In this document: positions 51,745 through 61,121 of the stretch, one piece after another
How positions within the stretch are numbered: the first letter of the stretch is position 1
How the letters are laid out: the number at the start of each line of letters is the position of its first letter
Notes under the pieces: generated by a model
Seen by the model: the letters and a program-made list of their open reading frames with translations, nothing else
Databases searched by the model: none
What the model was told of the DNA's origin: nothing
Translations under genes and position numbers: made by a program
Assembly (NCBI GenBank): GCA_016206785.1
Contig: JACQQV010000031.1
Span: 35,860 to 99,859, forward strand
DNA length: 64,000 nt
DNA from: Candidatus Omnitrophota bacterium
GTDB lineage: Bacteria; Omnitrophota; Gorgyraeia; JACQQV01
Direction: 5' to 3'

Positions 51745-53585
51745 TGTTTACCTACGATAAACAGTACGACATTATTGTAATAGGAGCGGGTCACGCAGGA
51801 TGCGAAGCGGCCCTTGCGGCAGCCCGGATGGGGTTCCAGACACTTCTTCTTACTATGAACCTAGACAGCATCGCTCAGATGTCCTGTAATCCAGCGATCG
51901 GCGGCCTTGGGAAAGGCCATATTGTGAGGGAAGTGGACGCCCTGGGAGGCGAGATGGCAAGGGTGACCGATCGAACCGGGCTTCAGTTCCGGATGCTCAA
52001 CACCAAAAAAGGGCCGGCCGTTTGGGCTCCACGGGCACAAGCGGATAAGAAACTTTACCAATTCACCATGAAGCATGTTCTGGAAAAGCAAGAACGCCTG
52101 GATATCATGCAGGGGGCTGCAGAAGAGATTTTGATGGAAGGGGGAAGGGTTTGCGGAATTGAGACCGAGATGGGAGTTCGATACCTTTGCCGTGCCGCGG
52201 TGATCACAACCGGCACTTTTCTTAAAGGACTTATCCATGTTGGGGAAAGTCAAACTCAGGGGGGGAGGATGGGAGATCCGCCGAGCAGGACACTTTCAGA
52301 TTCTTTAAGACGGCTCGGGTTTGAGATCGGAAGGCTCAAGACCGGGACCCCTCCTCGGGTCAACCGTCGCTCGATCGATTTTTCAAAACTTGAAGTCCAG
52401 CCGGGGGACCCTCATCCTCTTCCATTTTCTTTCTCAACGGTCAAAATTCGCCAGAAGCAACTGGTTTGTTACATCGGATACACGAACGAGAAGACACATG
52501 GGGTAATCCGAGCAAACCTTCACCGCTCTCCGCTTTATGCGGGGAGGATCAAAGGGATTGGCCCCCGATATTGTCCTTCGATCGAAGACAAGGTGGTTCG
52601 ATTTCCTGAGAAAACGCGGCATCAGATCTTTTTTGAGCCGGAGGGGAGAAACACTGAAGAATATTATCTAAACGGCCTCTCCACAAGTCTTCCTCCCGAC
52701 GTCCAGATCGCTTACGTCAGGACGATAGAAGGGTTGGAAGAGGCTCAAATCATGAGATTTGGGTACGCGGTGGAATACGACTACGTGCCCCCCACGCAGC
52801 TTAAAGAGAGTCTTGAGACCAAGCGGATCGAAAATCTCTTTTTTGCAGGTCAGATCAATGGAACGACAGGGTATGAGGAAGCGGCTTGCCAAGGCTTGAT
52901 GGCAGGGATCAATGCAGGACAAAAGTTGAAAGGGAAGGAACCGCTCATTCTGGGCCGCCATGAATCTTACATCGGGGTTCTGATCGACGACCTTGTGACA
53001 AAGGGGGCGGATGAACCGTATCGGATGTTTACTTCACGCGCAGAGTATCGATTGCTTCTACGCCAAGACAATGCCGATTTACGACTTATGAAGTACGGAC
53101 ACGAGGTGGGTCTCATTTCGGACGCGTATTATGAGGAATGTCTCAAGAAAAAAGAACAGATTCGGGAGATGATGGACTACTTAAAAAATCAGAAGGCAGG
53201 GAATAAACGGTTTGATGCGCTTCTCCGTCGACCAGAGGTAGGGATTGAAGAACTTCCATGGGCCCCAGGCGAACTTCAAACGGTTCCTGAAGCAATCCGC
53301 TCCCACGTGGAACTCGAAGTAAAATATGAGGGATACATTCAGAAAGAGATCGTCTCAGCCAGAAAAATGGTCCGCCTGGAGGAGCGGAAAATTCCTGAAG
53401 ACTTTCCGTTTGAAAAAGTGAGGGGGCTTAAGAAAGAGGCGTATGAGAAGCTTGTGAAAATAAGACCCCGCTCGATCGGACAGGCGGCAAGGATCCAGGG
53501 GATCACACCCTGCGACATTTCGCTTTTGATGGTAGAACTTGTGGCGGCAGGGAAAAGCCTTGACAGATACGATGAGAACACATAA
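51744..53585 (+). CDS. mnmG: tRNA uridine 5-carboxymethylaminomethyl modification enzyme
   Basis: GAGHAGCEA, MSCNPAIGG, GPRYCPSIEDK, GQINGTTGYEEA. Confidence 0.98.
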   Translation: MFTYDKQYDIIVIGAGHAGCEAALAAARMGFQTLLLTMNLDSIAQMSCNPAIGGLGKGHIVREVDALGGEMARVTDRTGLQFRMLNTKKGPAVWAPRAQADKKLYQFTMKHVLEKQERLDIMQGAAEEILMEGGRVCGIETEMGVRYLCRAAVITTGTFLKGLIHVGESQTQGGRMGDPPSRTLSDSLRRLGFEIGRLKTGTPPRVNRRSIDFSKLEVQPGDPHPLPFSFSTVKIRQKQLVCYIGYTNEKTHGVIRANLHRSPLYAGRIKGIGPRYCPSIEDKVVRFPEKTRHQIFFEPEGRNTEEYYLNGLSTSLPPDVQIAYVRTIEGLEEAQIMRFGYAVEYDYVPPTQLKESLETKRIENLFFAGQINGTTGYEEAACQGLMAGINAGQKLKGKEPLILGRHESYIGVLIDDLVTKGADEPYRMFTSRAEYRLLLRQDNADLRLMKYGHEVGLISDAYYEECLKKKEQIREMMDYLKNQKAGNKRFDALLRRPEVGIEELPWAPGELQTVPEAIRSHVELEVKYEGYIQKEIVSARKMVRLEERKIPEDFPFEKVRGLKKEAYEKLVKIRPRSIGQAARIQGITPCDISLLMVELVAAGKSLDRYDENT

Positions 53586-53587
53586 GG

Positions 53588-53631
53588 TTGACTTAGGAAG
53601 CCAGTTGTGTTAAAATGTTCCACGTGAAACA
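53588..53631 (+). promoter_or_regulatory. parAB promoter with overlapping parS
   Basis: TTGACT-N17-TAAAAT (53588-53616) abutting TGTTCCACGTGAAACA (53616-53631). Confidence 0.8.
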
Positions 53632-53681
53632 ATTTTGAGAACCGTCAGTATTTTTTATAACTAATTGAAAATAAAAAACTT

Positions 53682-54455
53682 ATGAATGAAATCATTGCGG
53701 TTTGTAATCAAAAGGGGGGAGTAGGGAAAACAACCACCGCCATTAATCTCACCACTTATCTTGCGATGGCTGGGAAAAAAATTCTTCTTGTGGATATTGA
53801 TCCCCAGGCGAATGCAACAAGCGGTCTCGGGATCGACAAAACTTCTGTAGAAGAAGGAACCTATCAGGTGTTGTTGGAAGAGGTTAGACTTGAGAAGATC
53901 GTGCGGCCCACTGAAGTGTCAGGTCTTTTCATCGCTCCTTCGAATCAGGATCTCATGGGGGCAGAGGTAGAACTGGTCGCGGAACTTGGGAGGGAGGGGA
54001 GGCTTAAAAAAGCGCTTCTTCCTTTTGTGGATCAGTATGATTTTATTTTCATCGATTCTCCACCTTCCTTGGGGCTTTTGACGGTGAATGCCCTCGTCGC
54101 AGCGCATTCGATTCTCATCCCGATGCAATGTGAATATTTTGCACTGGAGGGCTTAAGCCAACTCATGCAGACGATTCAGTTGGTGCATGACCGGCTGAAT
54201 TCATCGCTGCATTTACGAGGCGTCCTTTTGACAATGGCCGATTTTCGGACGAACCTGACAGAAGAAGTGATCCGAGAAGCGAGAGATTACTTTAAAGAAA
54301 AGGTGTACCAGACCGTCATTCCTCGCAGCATCCGTTTGAGCGAAGCGCCCGGGTTCGGGAAGCCGATTGCACTTTATGATAAAAGTTGTCCTGGTGCACA
54401 AAAATATGAAGAATTGAGTCGAGAAATTTTGGCGATGAAAGTGGAGGCGGTCTAG
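53682..54455 (+). CDS. parA: Chromosome partitioning ATPase ParA/Soj
   Basis: NQKGGVGKTT, DIDPQAN, DSPPSLG, EAPGFG. Confidence 0.96.
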   Translation: MNEIIAVCNQKGGVGKTTTAINLTTYLAMAGKKILLVDIDPQANATSGLGIDKTSVEEGTYQVLLEEVRLEKIVRPTEVSGLFIAPSNQDLMGAEVELVAELGREGRLKKALLPFVDQYDFIFIDSPPSLGLLTVNALVAAHSILIPMQCEYFALEGLSQLMQTIQLVHDRLNSSLHLRGVLLTMADFRTNLTEEVIREARDYFKEKVYQTVIPRSIRLSEAPGFGKPIALYDKSCPGAQKYEELSREILAMKVEAV

Positions 54456-55297
54456 TGGCAGAGCGAAAAGTGCTGGGTCGTGGGTTGCGGGCGCTGATTC
54501 CAGAAGCGGCAGAAGGAAAGGAAGTGGAACCTTCCTTTTTGTTGCGGATGGACAAAATTCAGTCGAACCCGCGACAACCCCGTCAAATTTTCAATTCCGA
54601 AACACTCGCAGAACTCACGGGCTCGATCCGGAAAAATGGGGTGGTACAACCGATCCTGGTCAGGCCCAAAGGAAACGGGTATGAGGTGGTCTGCGGGGAG
54701 CGCCGATTTCGCGCGGCCCAGGCGGCCGGGCTTACGGAGATTCCCGCCGTGGTGCGCCCCATGAGCGACGAAGGCGCGTTCGAGTGTTCCATCGTCGAGA
54801 ATGTTCAGCGCAGCGACCTTAACCCGATTGAAGAAGCGAAAGCGTATCAGAGACTCATGAATGAATTTACAATGACGCAGGAGAAGGTTGCGGATGTGGT
54901 CGGGAAAGATCGCTCCTCCGTCGCAAATACGATCCGCCTTTTGGGGCTCCCAAAGGCCATTCAGGATGAACTGATCCGCGGACGCCTCACCATGGGCCAT
55001 GCCCGTGCGATCCTTGCGGTTTCCAGCGAGGCAGAACAACTGGCCCTTTGCAAACGGATTCTCTCTTCAAACCTTTCTGTTCGGGAAACGGAACGGATGG
55101 GCCGTGCTAAGGCGGGAGGGAAAATTTCCCGACGCGATGAAGCGGTGCGGCATGTTGAGGAGGAACTCCAACACCTGTTAGGGACCAAGGTGCGCATCAC
55201 CGACCGGAAGGGAAAGGGGAAGATCGTTCTGGAATACTTTTCTCCGGCGGAGCGGGAACGGCTTGTCCGTCTCTTAAAAGAAAGGACACGGGGGTGA
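54455..55297 (+). CDS. parB: Chromosome partitioning protein ParB
   Basis: LGRGL, NPRQPR, GERRFRA, ENVQRSDL, HTH. Confidence 0.96.
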   Translation: MAERKVLGRGLRALIPEAAEGKEVEPSFLLRMDKIQSNPRQPRQIFNSETLAELTGSIRKNGVVQPILVRPKGNGYEVVCGERRFRAAQAAGLTEIPAVVRPMSDEGAFECSIVENVQRSDLNPIEEAKAYQRLMNEFTMTQEKVADVVGKDRSSVANTIRLLGLPKAIQDELIRGRLTMGHARAILAVSSEAEQLALCKRILSSNLSVRETERMGRAKAGGKISRRDEAVRHVEEELQHLLGTKVRITDRKGKGKIVLEYFSPAERERLVRLLKERTRG

Positions 55298-55803
55298 TCG
55301 TGGCGGAGCAACAGACCCTTGTACTCATCAAACCGGATGGTTTGAAAAAATCGCTCACAGGCAATGTGCTGACGCGGCTTTCCGAGACGAAGCTGACGAT
55401 TATAGGCGCTAAGATTGTGAAACCGACAAGGGATCTTTCCGTGGCGCATTACAGTCATATGAAGGATAAACCTTTTTTCGAAGAACTCATCCGGTATCTC
55501 ATGGGAGAGTTTCATACCCCAAGGGTCATGGCGCTCGTCTATCATGGCGAGGATGCGATTGAGAAAGTGCGGGGGATTTGCGGTTCGACCAATCCTGAGG
55601 AGGCCGATCCGGTATCGATCCGCGGGGCGTATGGTCGGATTACCACCAAAGGGGTTTATGAAAACGTGATCCACGCCTCTACCAATGAGGAGGAGGCGGA
55701 GCGGGAAATTAAACTCTGGTTTAAGCCCGGTGAACTGATTCTTGAACCTTATCCCGTCAAAGAAGAAGTGGCTTCAAATTACAGAAGGAAAGTGTGGGCA
55801 TAG
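55294..55803 (+). CDS. ndk: Nucleoside diphosphate kinase
   Basis: TLVLIKPDG, KPFF, SIRG, NVIHAS. Confidence 0.93.
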   Translation: MIVAEQQTLVLIKPDGLKKSLTGNVLTRLSETKLTIIGAKIVKPTRDLSVAHYSHMKDKPFFEELIRYLMGEFHTPRVMALVYHGEDAIEKVRGICGSTNPEEADPVSIRGAYGRITTKGVYENVIHASTNEEEAEREIKLWFKPGELILEPYPVKEEVASNYRRKVWA

Positions 55804-55806
55804 AAA

Positions 55807-57579
55807 ATGACAGTAGTGGCGCAAGCAGGAACAACCAATAAGCATGTGCTTCTCTGGATAGAGGAGATGGTAAAACTGTGTAAGCCGGATCGCGTTCATT
55901 GGTGCAACGGCTCGGAAGAAGAGAAGGCAGAACTTCTCAAAGAGGCGGTCCGGGTCGGGGACTTCGAGGCCTTAAACCAAGAAAAACTTCCCGGCTGTTA
56001 TCTGCACCGTTCAGCGCCCAATGACGTGGCACGGACGGAACACCTCACTTTCATCTGCACAAGAAATAAGGACGATGCGGGTCCGACAAATAATTGGATG
56101 GAACCCAAAGAGGCCTACCAAAAACTGGAGGCGATTTTCGACGGGGCCATGCGGGGCCGCACCCTTTACGTGGTACCATTTATCATGGGGCAGCCCGGTT
56201 CTCCTTTTAGCAAAGTAGGGATTGAAGTGACGGACAGTCTCTACGTCGCCTTAAACATGCGGATCATGACGCGGATGGGGAGTGTTGCTTGGAAGCAGTT
56301 GGGGGATTCCAACGATTTCACACGCGGCCTTCACAGTAAGGCAGATCTCAACGAGAACCGCCGCTACATCTGTCATTTCCCAGAGGACAACACCATCTGG
56401 AGCGTTGGTTCAGGATATGGTGGGAATGCCCTCCTCGGGAAAAAATGTTTGGCCCTTCGAATTGCCAGCTGGCTCGGAAGGCAGGAAGGGTGGATGGCAG
56501 AACATATGCTCATTATTGGGGTGGAAGATCCGCAAGGGGAGGTCACTTATCTGACCGGCGCTTTCCCGAGCCAGTGCGGGAAAACGAATCTGGCGATGCT
56601 TATTCCTCCCGCTTCTCAAAAGGGGTATAAGGTCTGGACGGTCGGGGATGATATTGCATGGCTTAGGATCGGTCCTGATGGGAGACTTTGGGCAACGAAT
56701 CCCGAAGCCGGTTTTTTTGGAGTCGCCCCAGGAACAAATACCCTCTCCAATCCGAATGCGATGGCAACGATCCGGCGGGATACGTTTTATACCAATGTCC
56801 TTAAAAAACCGGATGGGACCGTCTGGTGGGAAGGGATGGACGGAGAAACGCCCCGAGAGGGGGTCGATTGGCGGGGGAACCGTTGGACCCCTGATTCGAA
56901 AGAGAAAGGGGCCCATCCGAACAGCCGTTTTACTGCACCGGCATCGCAATGCCCGTCGATTTCACCGCAGTGGGAGGACCCCAAGGGGGTACCGATTAGC
57001 GGCATCCTTTTCGGAGGACGACGTGCAAAAGTTGCGCCGCTTGTAGTTCAGGCGCGCAACTGGCAACATGGCGTTTTTGTAGCGGCCACAATGGCCTCTG
57101 AGACAACGGCCGCTGCGACAGGGAAAGTGGGGGTCATCCGGCGCGATCCGATGGCGATGCTCCCATTTTGCGGTTACCATATGGGGGATTATTTTAGTCA
57201 TTGGCTTGCGATGGGGAAGCGCCTTGCCAACCCTCCGAAAATTTTCCATGTGAACTGGTTCCGGACCGGAGAGGATGGAAAATTTCTTTGGCCAGGATAT
57301 GGTGAAAATCTCCGGGCACTCCGGTGGGTCGTAGATCGTTGCCAGGGACGGGGGGAGGCTGTTGAGAACCCGATCGGATTTCTCCCTCCTGCTTCTGCAA
57401 TCGACAGGACCGGTCTTTCTTTGACGGAAGAAGCCCTTAAGGCATTACTGAGTATTGACCGATCCTCCTGGGAAGAGGAATTGCAGTTACAATCCGAATT
57501 TTTTCATTCGCTCGGCGAAAGGGTGCCGCAGGCGCTTTGGGAGGAGCATGCCGCTCTTTCGAAACGTTTGGACCTGTAA
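55807..57579 (+). CDS. pckG: GTP-dependent phosphoenolpyruvate carboxykinase (housekeeping)
   Basis: SGYGGNALLGKK, FPSQCGKTN, GDDIAW, HPNSRF, FHVNWF. Confidence 0.97.
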   Translation: MTVVAQAGTTNKHVLLWIEEMVKLCKPDRVHWCNGSEEEKAELLKEAVRVGDFEALNQEKLPGCYLHRSAPNDVARTEHLTFICTRNKDDAGPTNNWMEPKEAYQKLEAIFDGAMRGRTLYVVPFIMGQPGSPFSKVGIEVTDSLYVALNMRIMTRMGSVAWKQLGDSNDFTRGLHSKADLNENRRYICHFPEDNTIWSVGSGYGGNALLGKKCLALRIASWLGRQEGWMAEHMLIIGVEDPQGEVTYLTGAFPSQCGKTNLAMLIPPASQKGYKVWTVGDDIAWLRIGPDGRLWATNPEAGFFGVAPGTNTLSNPNAMATIRRDTFYTNVLKKPDGTVWWEGMDGETPREGVDWRGNRWTPDSKEKGAHPNSRFTAPASQCPSISPQWEDPKGVPISGILFGGRRAKVAPLVVQARNWQHGVFVAATMASETTAAATGKVGVIRRDPMAMLPFCGYHMGDYFSHWLAMGKRLANPPKIFHVNWFRTGEDGKFLWPGYGENLRALRWVVDRCQGRGEAVENPIGFLPPASAIDRTGLSLTEEALKALLSIDRSSWEEELQLQSEFFHSLGERVPQALWEEHAALSKRLDL

Positions 57580-57593
57580 CGGAAGGGGAAGAT

Positions 57594-58472
57594 ATGGCCG
57601 TTAGCATGACAGGGTTCGGGCGGGGTGAAGCGAAAGGAAAGTGGGGGACGATTGTTATCGAGGCCAGAAGCCTCAATCACCGCTATCTGGAGGTGAGCAG
57701 CCGTTTACCTTTAGTACTGGTCTCTTTGGAAGAACGGATCCGCGAGCATGTCTCGAAGAAAGTGAAAAGAGGCCGCATCACTCTTTCAGTTTCATTGGAT
57801 CGAGATGGAGAGCTCGGGGGACTTATCCGGGTCGATGAAAAACGGGCCAGACGGTATTATGAAGTTCTTCTTTCCTTGAAAAAAGAGCTGGACATGGGAG
57901 GGGAAATTCGGATGGAAGAAATCCTCTCCTTGCCAGATGTGGTGAAGGCTGAAACGACTCCGTCAGAACTCGAAGAGATCTGGTCGCAGATGCGTGAGGC
58001 CCTTGAGAAAGCGATGAACCAGTTAGTCGAAATGAGGGAAGCGGAAGGAAAGGTGCTCACCAATGATCTACTCCGTCGGGTAGCCCTGGTCGAAAAGGAA
58101 CTTGCAAAGATCGCGAAACGCGGCCCTTCCGCGCTTAAACATTATCGTACGCGACTGTTGGAGCGAGTGAAAGAGCTCACGAGCGCCGAAAAGGTGGATC
58201 GGGATCGTTTAGAGCAGGAAATCGTCTTTTTTGCGGAGAACTCAGACATTACCGAAGAGGTGACCCGCACCAAATCGCACCTCGAGACCTTCCAGAAGGC
58301 TCTTTCGATGAAGGAAGAAGTGGGCCGCAAACTCGATTTTATCGCACAAGAGTTACAGCGGGAGGCGAATACCATCGGACAGAAGTCTCGCGATTTCGAA
58401 ATTTCCCAAAGTGTCATCCAAATGAAAGGGGAAATCGAACGGATGCGCGAACAGGTTCAGAATGTTGAGTAA
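57594..58472 (+). CDS. yicC: YicC/YloC family endoribonuclease
   Basis: SMTGFG, SLNHRY, GRKLDF..QE..RE.NT, REQVQNVE. Confidence 0.93.
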   Translation: MAVSMTGFGRGEAKGKWGTIVIEARSLNHRYLEVSSRLPLVLVSLEERIREHVSKKVKRGRITLSVSLDRDGELGGLIRVDEKRARRYYEVLLSLKKELDMGGEIRMEEILSLPDVVKAETTPSELEEIWSQMREALEKAMNQLVEMREAEGKVLTNDLLRRVALVEKELAKIAKRGPSALKHYRTRLLERVKELTSAEKVDRDRLEQEIVFFAENSDITEEVTRTKSHLETFQKALSMKEEVGRKLDFIAQELQREANTIGQKSRDFEISQSVIQMKGEIERMREQVQNVE

Positions 58473-58474
58473 CC

Positions 58475-58717
58475 ATGGGGCTCGTCGTCAACCTCGGGTT
58501 TAATAATATTGTCATGCGGGATCGGATCATCGCCGTGGTGGCCTCTGAGGCGGCACCGATGAAACGGATGCGGGAGGAGGCACGGCGGAGCCGGAAGCTT
58601 ATTGATGCGACGCATGGGCGTCGGACGCGGGCCATTGTGATTACGGACAGTGATCATGTGATCCTCTCAAGCGCCCAACCCGAGACGATTGTGCAGCGGA
58701 TTACTGAGAAACTTTGA
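58475..58717 (+). CDS. DUF370 / RemA family regulator
   Basis: NLGFNN...RII, LIDATHGRRTR, HVILS..QPET. Confidence 0.88.
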   Translation: MGLVVNLGFNNIVMRDRIIAVVASEAAPMKRMREEARRSRKLIDATHGRRTRAIVITDSDHVILSSAQPETIVQRITEKL

Positions 58718-59271
58718 TGCGGGGGCGTCTTTATATTCTTTCCGCACCGTCGGGGACCGGGAAGACAACCCTCTGCAATAGACTTCTTCACGCAACGCCA
58801 AGACTGGTTCGATCCGTGTCGGTCACGACCCGCCCTCCTCGGCGGGGGGAGGCGGATGGAAAAGATTATCTGTTCATTTCGCCGGAGGCCTTTCGACGTC
58901 TTAAAAGGACCGGTGGACTTTTGGAGTGGACAAAGTACGCTCATGCATTTTATGGCACACCCCTTTCGCCGTTAAAGCGTTTCCTGGCTGACGGGAAAGA
59001 CGTCATACTCCTCTTGGATGTCCGGGGTGCGCGCGAGGTCAAGAAACATTTTAAGGAAGCAACGACCATTTTTCTTCTTCCCCCTTCGTTTGAGGATTTG
59101 AAGAAGAGACTTTCAAGGCGTCGGACCGAGAAGGGGGTAGAAATTGAAAAGCGGTTGCGTCTTGCAAAACGGGAAATGACGCAGGTGGACTGGTACGATT
59201 ACGTCATCGTCAACGACGATCTTCGTCAGGCCGTACGTGCGTTAAAAAGGATTATCAGAAAGAGTGGATAG
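58717..59271 (+). CDS. gmk: Guanylate kinase
   Basis: SAPSGTGKTT, TTRPPR.GE.DG.DY, YGTP. Confidence 0.96.
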   Translation: MRGRLYILSAPSGTGKTTLCNRLLHATPRLVRSVSVTTRPPRRGEADGKDYLFISPEAFRRLKRTGGLLEWTKYAHAFYGTPLSPLKRFLADGKDVILLLDVRGAREVKKHFKEATTIFLLPPSFEDLKKRLSRRRTEKGVEIEKRLRLAKREMTQVDWYDYVIVNDDLRQAVRALKRIIRKSG

Positions 59272-59277
59272 AAACTC

Positions 59278-59475
59278 ATGATCAACATTCCTATCGAAGA
59301 ACTGTCCAAGCAGACAGGGAGCATCTATAAGCTGGTGGTTCTCGCCGCTCGCAGAGCAGCGGAACTGAATGAGGGGGCCGCCCCGTTGGTTCAGGTGAGT
59401 TCGAAAAAGGTGGCAACAATCGCCCTAGAGGAAATTCGGCAGGGACTGGTCACTTACAAACAAAAAGGAAAATAG
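59278..59475 (+). CDS. rpoZ: RNA polymerase omega subunit
   Basis: Y.LV..AARRA..L, K....ALEEI; after gmk. Confidence 0.9.
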   Translation: MINIPIEELSKQTGSIYKLVVLAARRAAELNEGAAPLVQVSSKKVATIALEEIRQGLVTYKQKGK

Positions 59476-59476
59476 A

Positions 59477-60016
59477 TTGGCAAAGCCCAAAATCCTCCTT
59501 GGCGTCACGGGGAGCATCGCTTGTTACATGGCCTGCGATCTTGTGAATCGTCTTGTCGAGGAAAAACTTCAGGTCCGGTGTGTGATGACCCAAGAGGCGC
59601 AGGAGTTTGTGCGCCCCTTGTCCTTCGAAGTCCTTTCTGGGCATGAGGTTTATACGGATCTTTTCCGCAGCGGTCAGGTGGAGGGGCCGCTCCATACCGT
59701 TCTTGCCCAATGGGCGGATCTTATCCTCATTTCACCCTGTTCGGCGAATGTGATCGGGAAGCTCGCCCATGGCATTTATGATGACCTCTTGACCTGCATC
59801 GTCTCTGCTACCGAGGCGAAAGTCGTGCTCTGTCCTGCCATGAGCGAGGTGATGTACCAAAAGCCGATCGTCCAGGCCAATATCGCTTCGCTTAAAAAAT
59901 GGGGCTGTCATTTTGTCGGTCCGATCAAGGGCCATCTCACCTGTAAGATTGAAGGAGTTGGGCATATTACAAAAACGGAAGAGATCGTAGCCGCTGTGAA
60001 AAGGTTGATTCGGTGA
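59477..60016 (+). CDS. coaC: Phosphopantothenoylcysteine decarboxylase (stand-alone CoaC)
   Basis: LGVTGSIA, P.SAN.I.K.AHG, PAM, HLTC...G.G; TTG start. Confidence 0.88.
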   Translation: MAKPKILLGVTGSIACYMACDLVNRLVEEKLQVRCVMTQEAQEFVRPLSFEVLSGHEVYTDLFRSGQVEGPLHTVLAQWADLILISPCSANVIGKLAHGIYDDLLTCIVSATEAKVVLCPAMSEVMYQKPIVQANIASLKKWGCHFVGPIKGHLTCKIEGVGHITKTEEIVAAVKRLIR

Positions 60017-60017
60017 C

Positions 60018-60689
60018 ATGTCGATCTCTCGGAAGAAACTCCACATCCTTGTCACCCTCGGTCCCACCTGGGAATTCATCGACCCTATACGATTTATTAC
60101 CAATCGCGCGACCGGTATACTGGGGTATTTTATTGCTCAAGAAGGACTTCGCCGGGGGCATCGGGTGACCTGTGTGGCGGGTCCTTCGGCCCTCTGCCCT
60201 CTTCCGGGCGCCCGTTGGATGAATGTGGTGGGGGCAGAAGAGATGCGTAGGGCGGTGCAAGTGATTTTTCCGAAGGTGGATGCGTTGGTGATGAGTGCGG
60301 CGGTGTCTGATTATCGGGTAAAGAAACCTTTTCTCTCGAAACTAAAACGGCGCGGTCGGTCTTTCCCCCTTTTCTTAGAAGAAAACCCGGACATCCTCGA
60401 TGGGGTGAGCCGCGGGAAAGGGGGTCGGGTTCTCGTCGGATTCGCTCTGGAGACCGAAAATCTCATCAAAAGCGCTTTGAAGAAACTTAAAGAGAAGAAA
60501 CTTGACCTTATCATCGCCAATCTGGTCAGTGGCGATAAGGATCCCTTTGGCAACCGGAAGGTCGATGTCCATTTTCTCTGGAAAGATGGGCGCCAGCGAT
60601 TTTATGTCGACATTTCGAAATCACAACTTGCAAAAGTGCTCCTCGACGCTGTTGAGGATCTCGCCCTCACAAGGATTTCGGAAAGGTAA
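60018..60689 (+). CDS. coaB: Phosphopantothenate-cysteine ligase (stand-alone CoaB)
   Basis: GPT.E.IDPIRFITN..TG, AAVSDY, NPDIL, VGFALET. Confidence 0.9.
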   Translation: MSISRKKLHILVTLGPTWEFIDPIRFITNRATGILGYFIAQEGLRRGHRVTCVAGPSALCPLPGARWMNVVGAEEMRRAVQVIFPKVDALVMSAAVSDYRVKKPFLSKLKRRGRSFPLFLEENPDILDGVSRGKGGRVLVGFALETENLIKSALKKLKEKKLDLIIANLVSGDKDPFGNRKVDVHFLWKDGRQRFYVDISKSQLAKVLLDAVEDLALTRISER

Positions 60690-60786
60690 AAGAATTGTTG
60701 TTTTAGGTTTTCCCCATTGGGGAGTGAAGGCCGAGCAGCGACATCTCTTGTTGTTATCTATTTGGTCGCGCGGAGGCCGAAGCGAC

Positions 60787-60861
60787 GGCGACGTAGCCAA
60801 ATGGTAAGGCGGGAGTCTGCAAAACTCCTATGCGTCGGTTCGATTCCGACCGTCGCCTCCA
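60787..60861 (+). tRNA. tRNA-Cys(GCA)
   Basis: GGCGACG...GGAGT-CTGCAAA-ACTCC...CGTCGCC-TCCA. Confidence 0.95.
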
Positions 60862-60888
60862 ATTCAGCATATGCCATACGCTATTGAG

Positions 60889-60969
60889 GGGCGAGTGGCG
60901 GAACGGCATACGCGACGGACTTAAAATCCGTTGCCGAAAGGCTTGAGGGTTCAAATCCCTCCTCGCCCA
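60889..60969 (+). tRNA. tRNA-Leu(TAA), CCA not encoded
   Basis: GGGCGAG...ACGGA-CTTAAAA-TCCGT, variable arm GCCGAAAGGC, CTCGCCC-A. Confidence 0.93.
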
Positions 60970-61000
60970 TACGTTCGGTGTAAAGTGAAAAGTGTAAGGG

Positions 61001-61077
61001 GGGCTCATAGCTCAGTTGGTTAGAGCGCTTCCTTGACATGGAAGAGGTCAGAGGTTCGAGTCCTCTTGGGCCCACCA
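61001..61077 (+). tRNA. tRNA-Val(GAC)
   Basis: GGGCTCA...CTTCC-TTGACAT-GGAAG...TGGGCCC-ACCA. Confidence 0.95.
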
Positions 61078-61121
61078 TCACTTCAGTGTAAAGTGAAAAG
61101 TGTAAGGTGTATGGGAAAGAG

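Noticed and set aside
59477-60689. coaBC frameshift pseudogene
   Set aside because: Both halves are complete with their own starts; split coaC/coaB is a known arrangement.
60705-60786. Possible ncRNA before tRNA-Cys (GCGAC...GTCGC, GGCCGA repeats)
   Set aside because: Only short stems and no family recognised; insufficient support.
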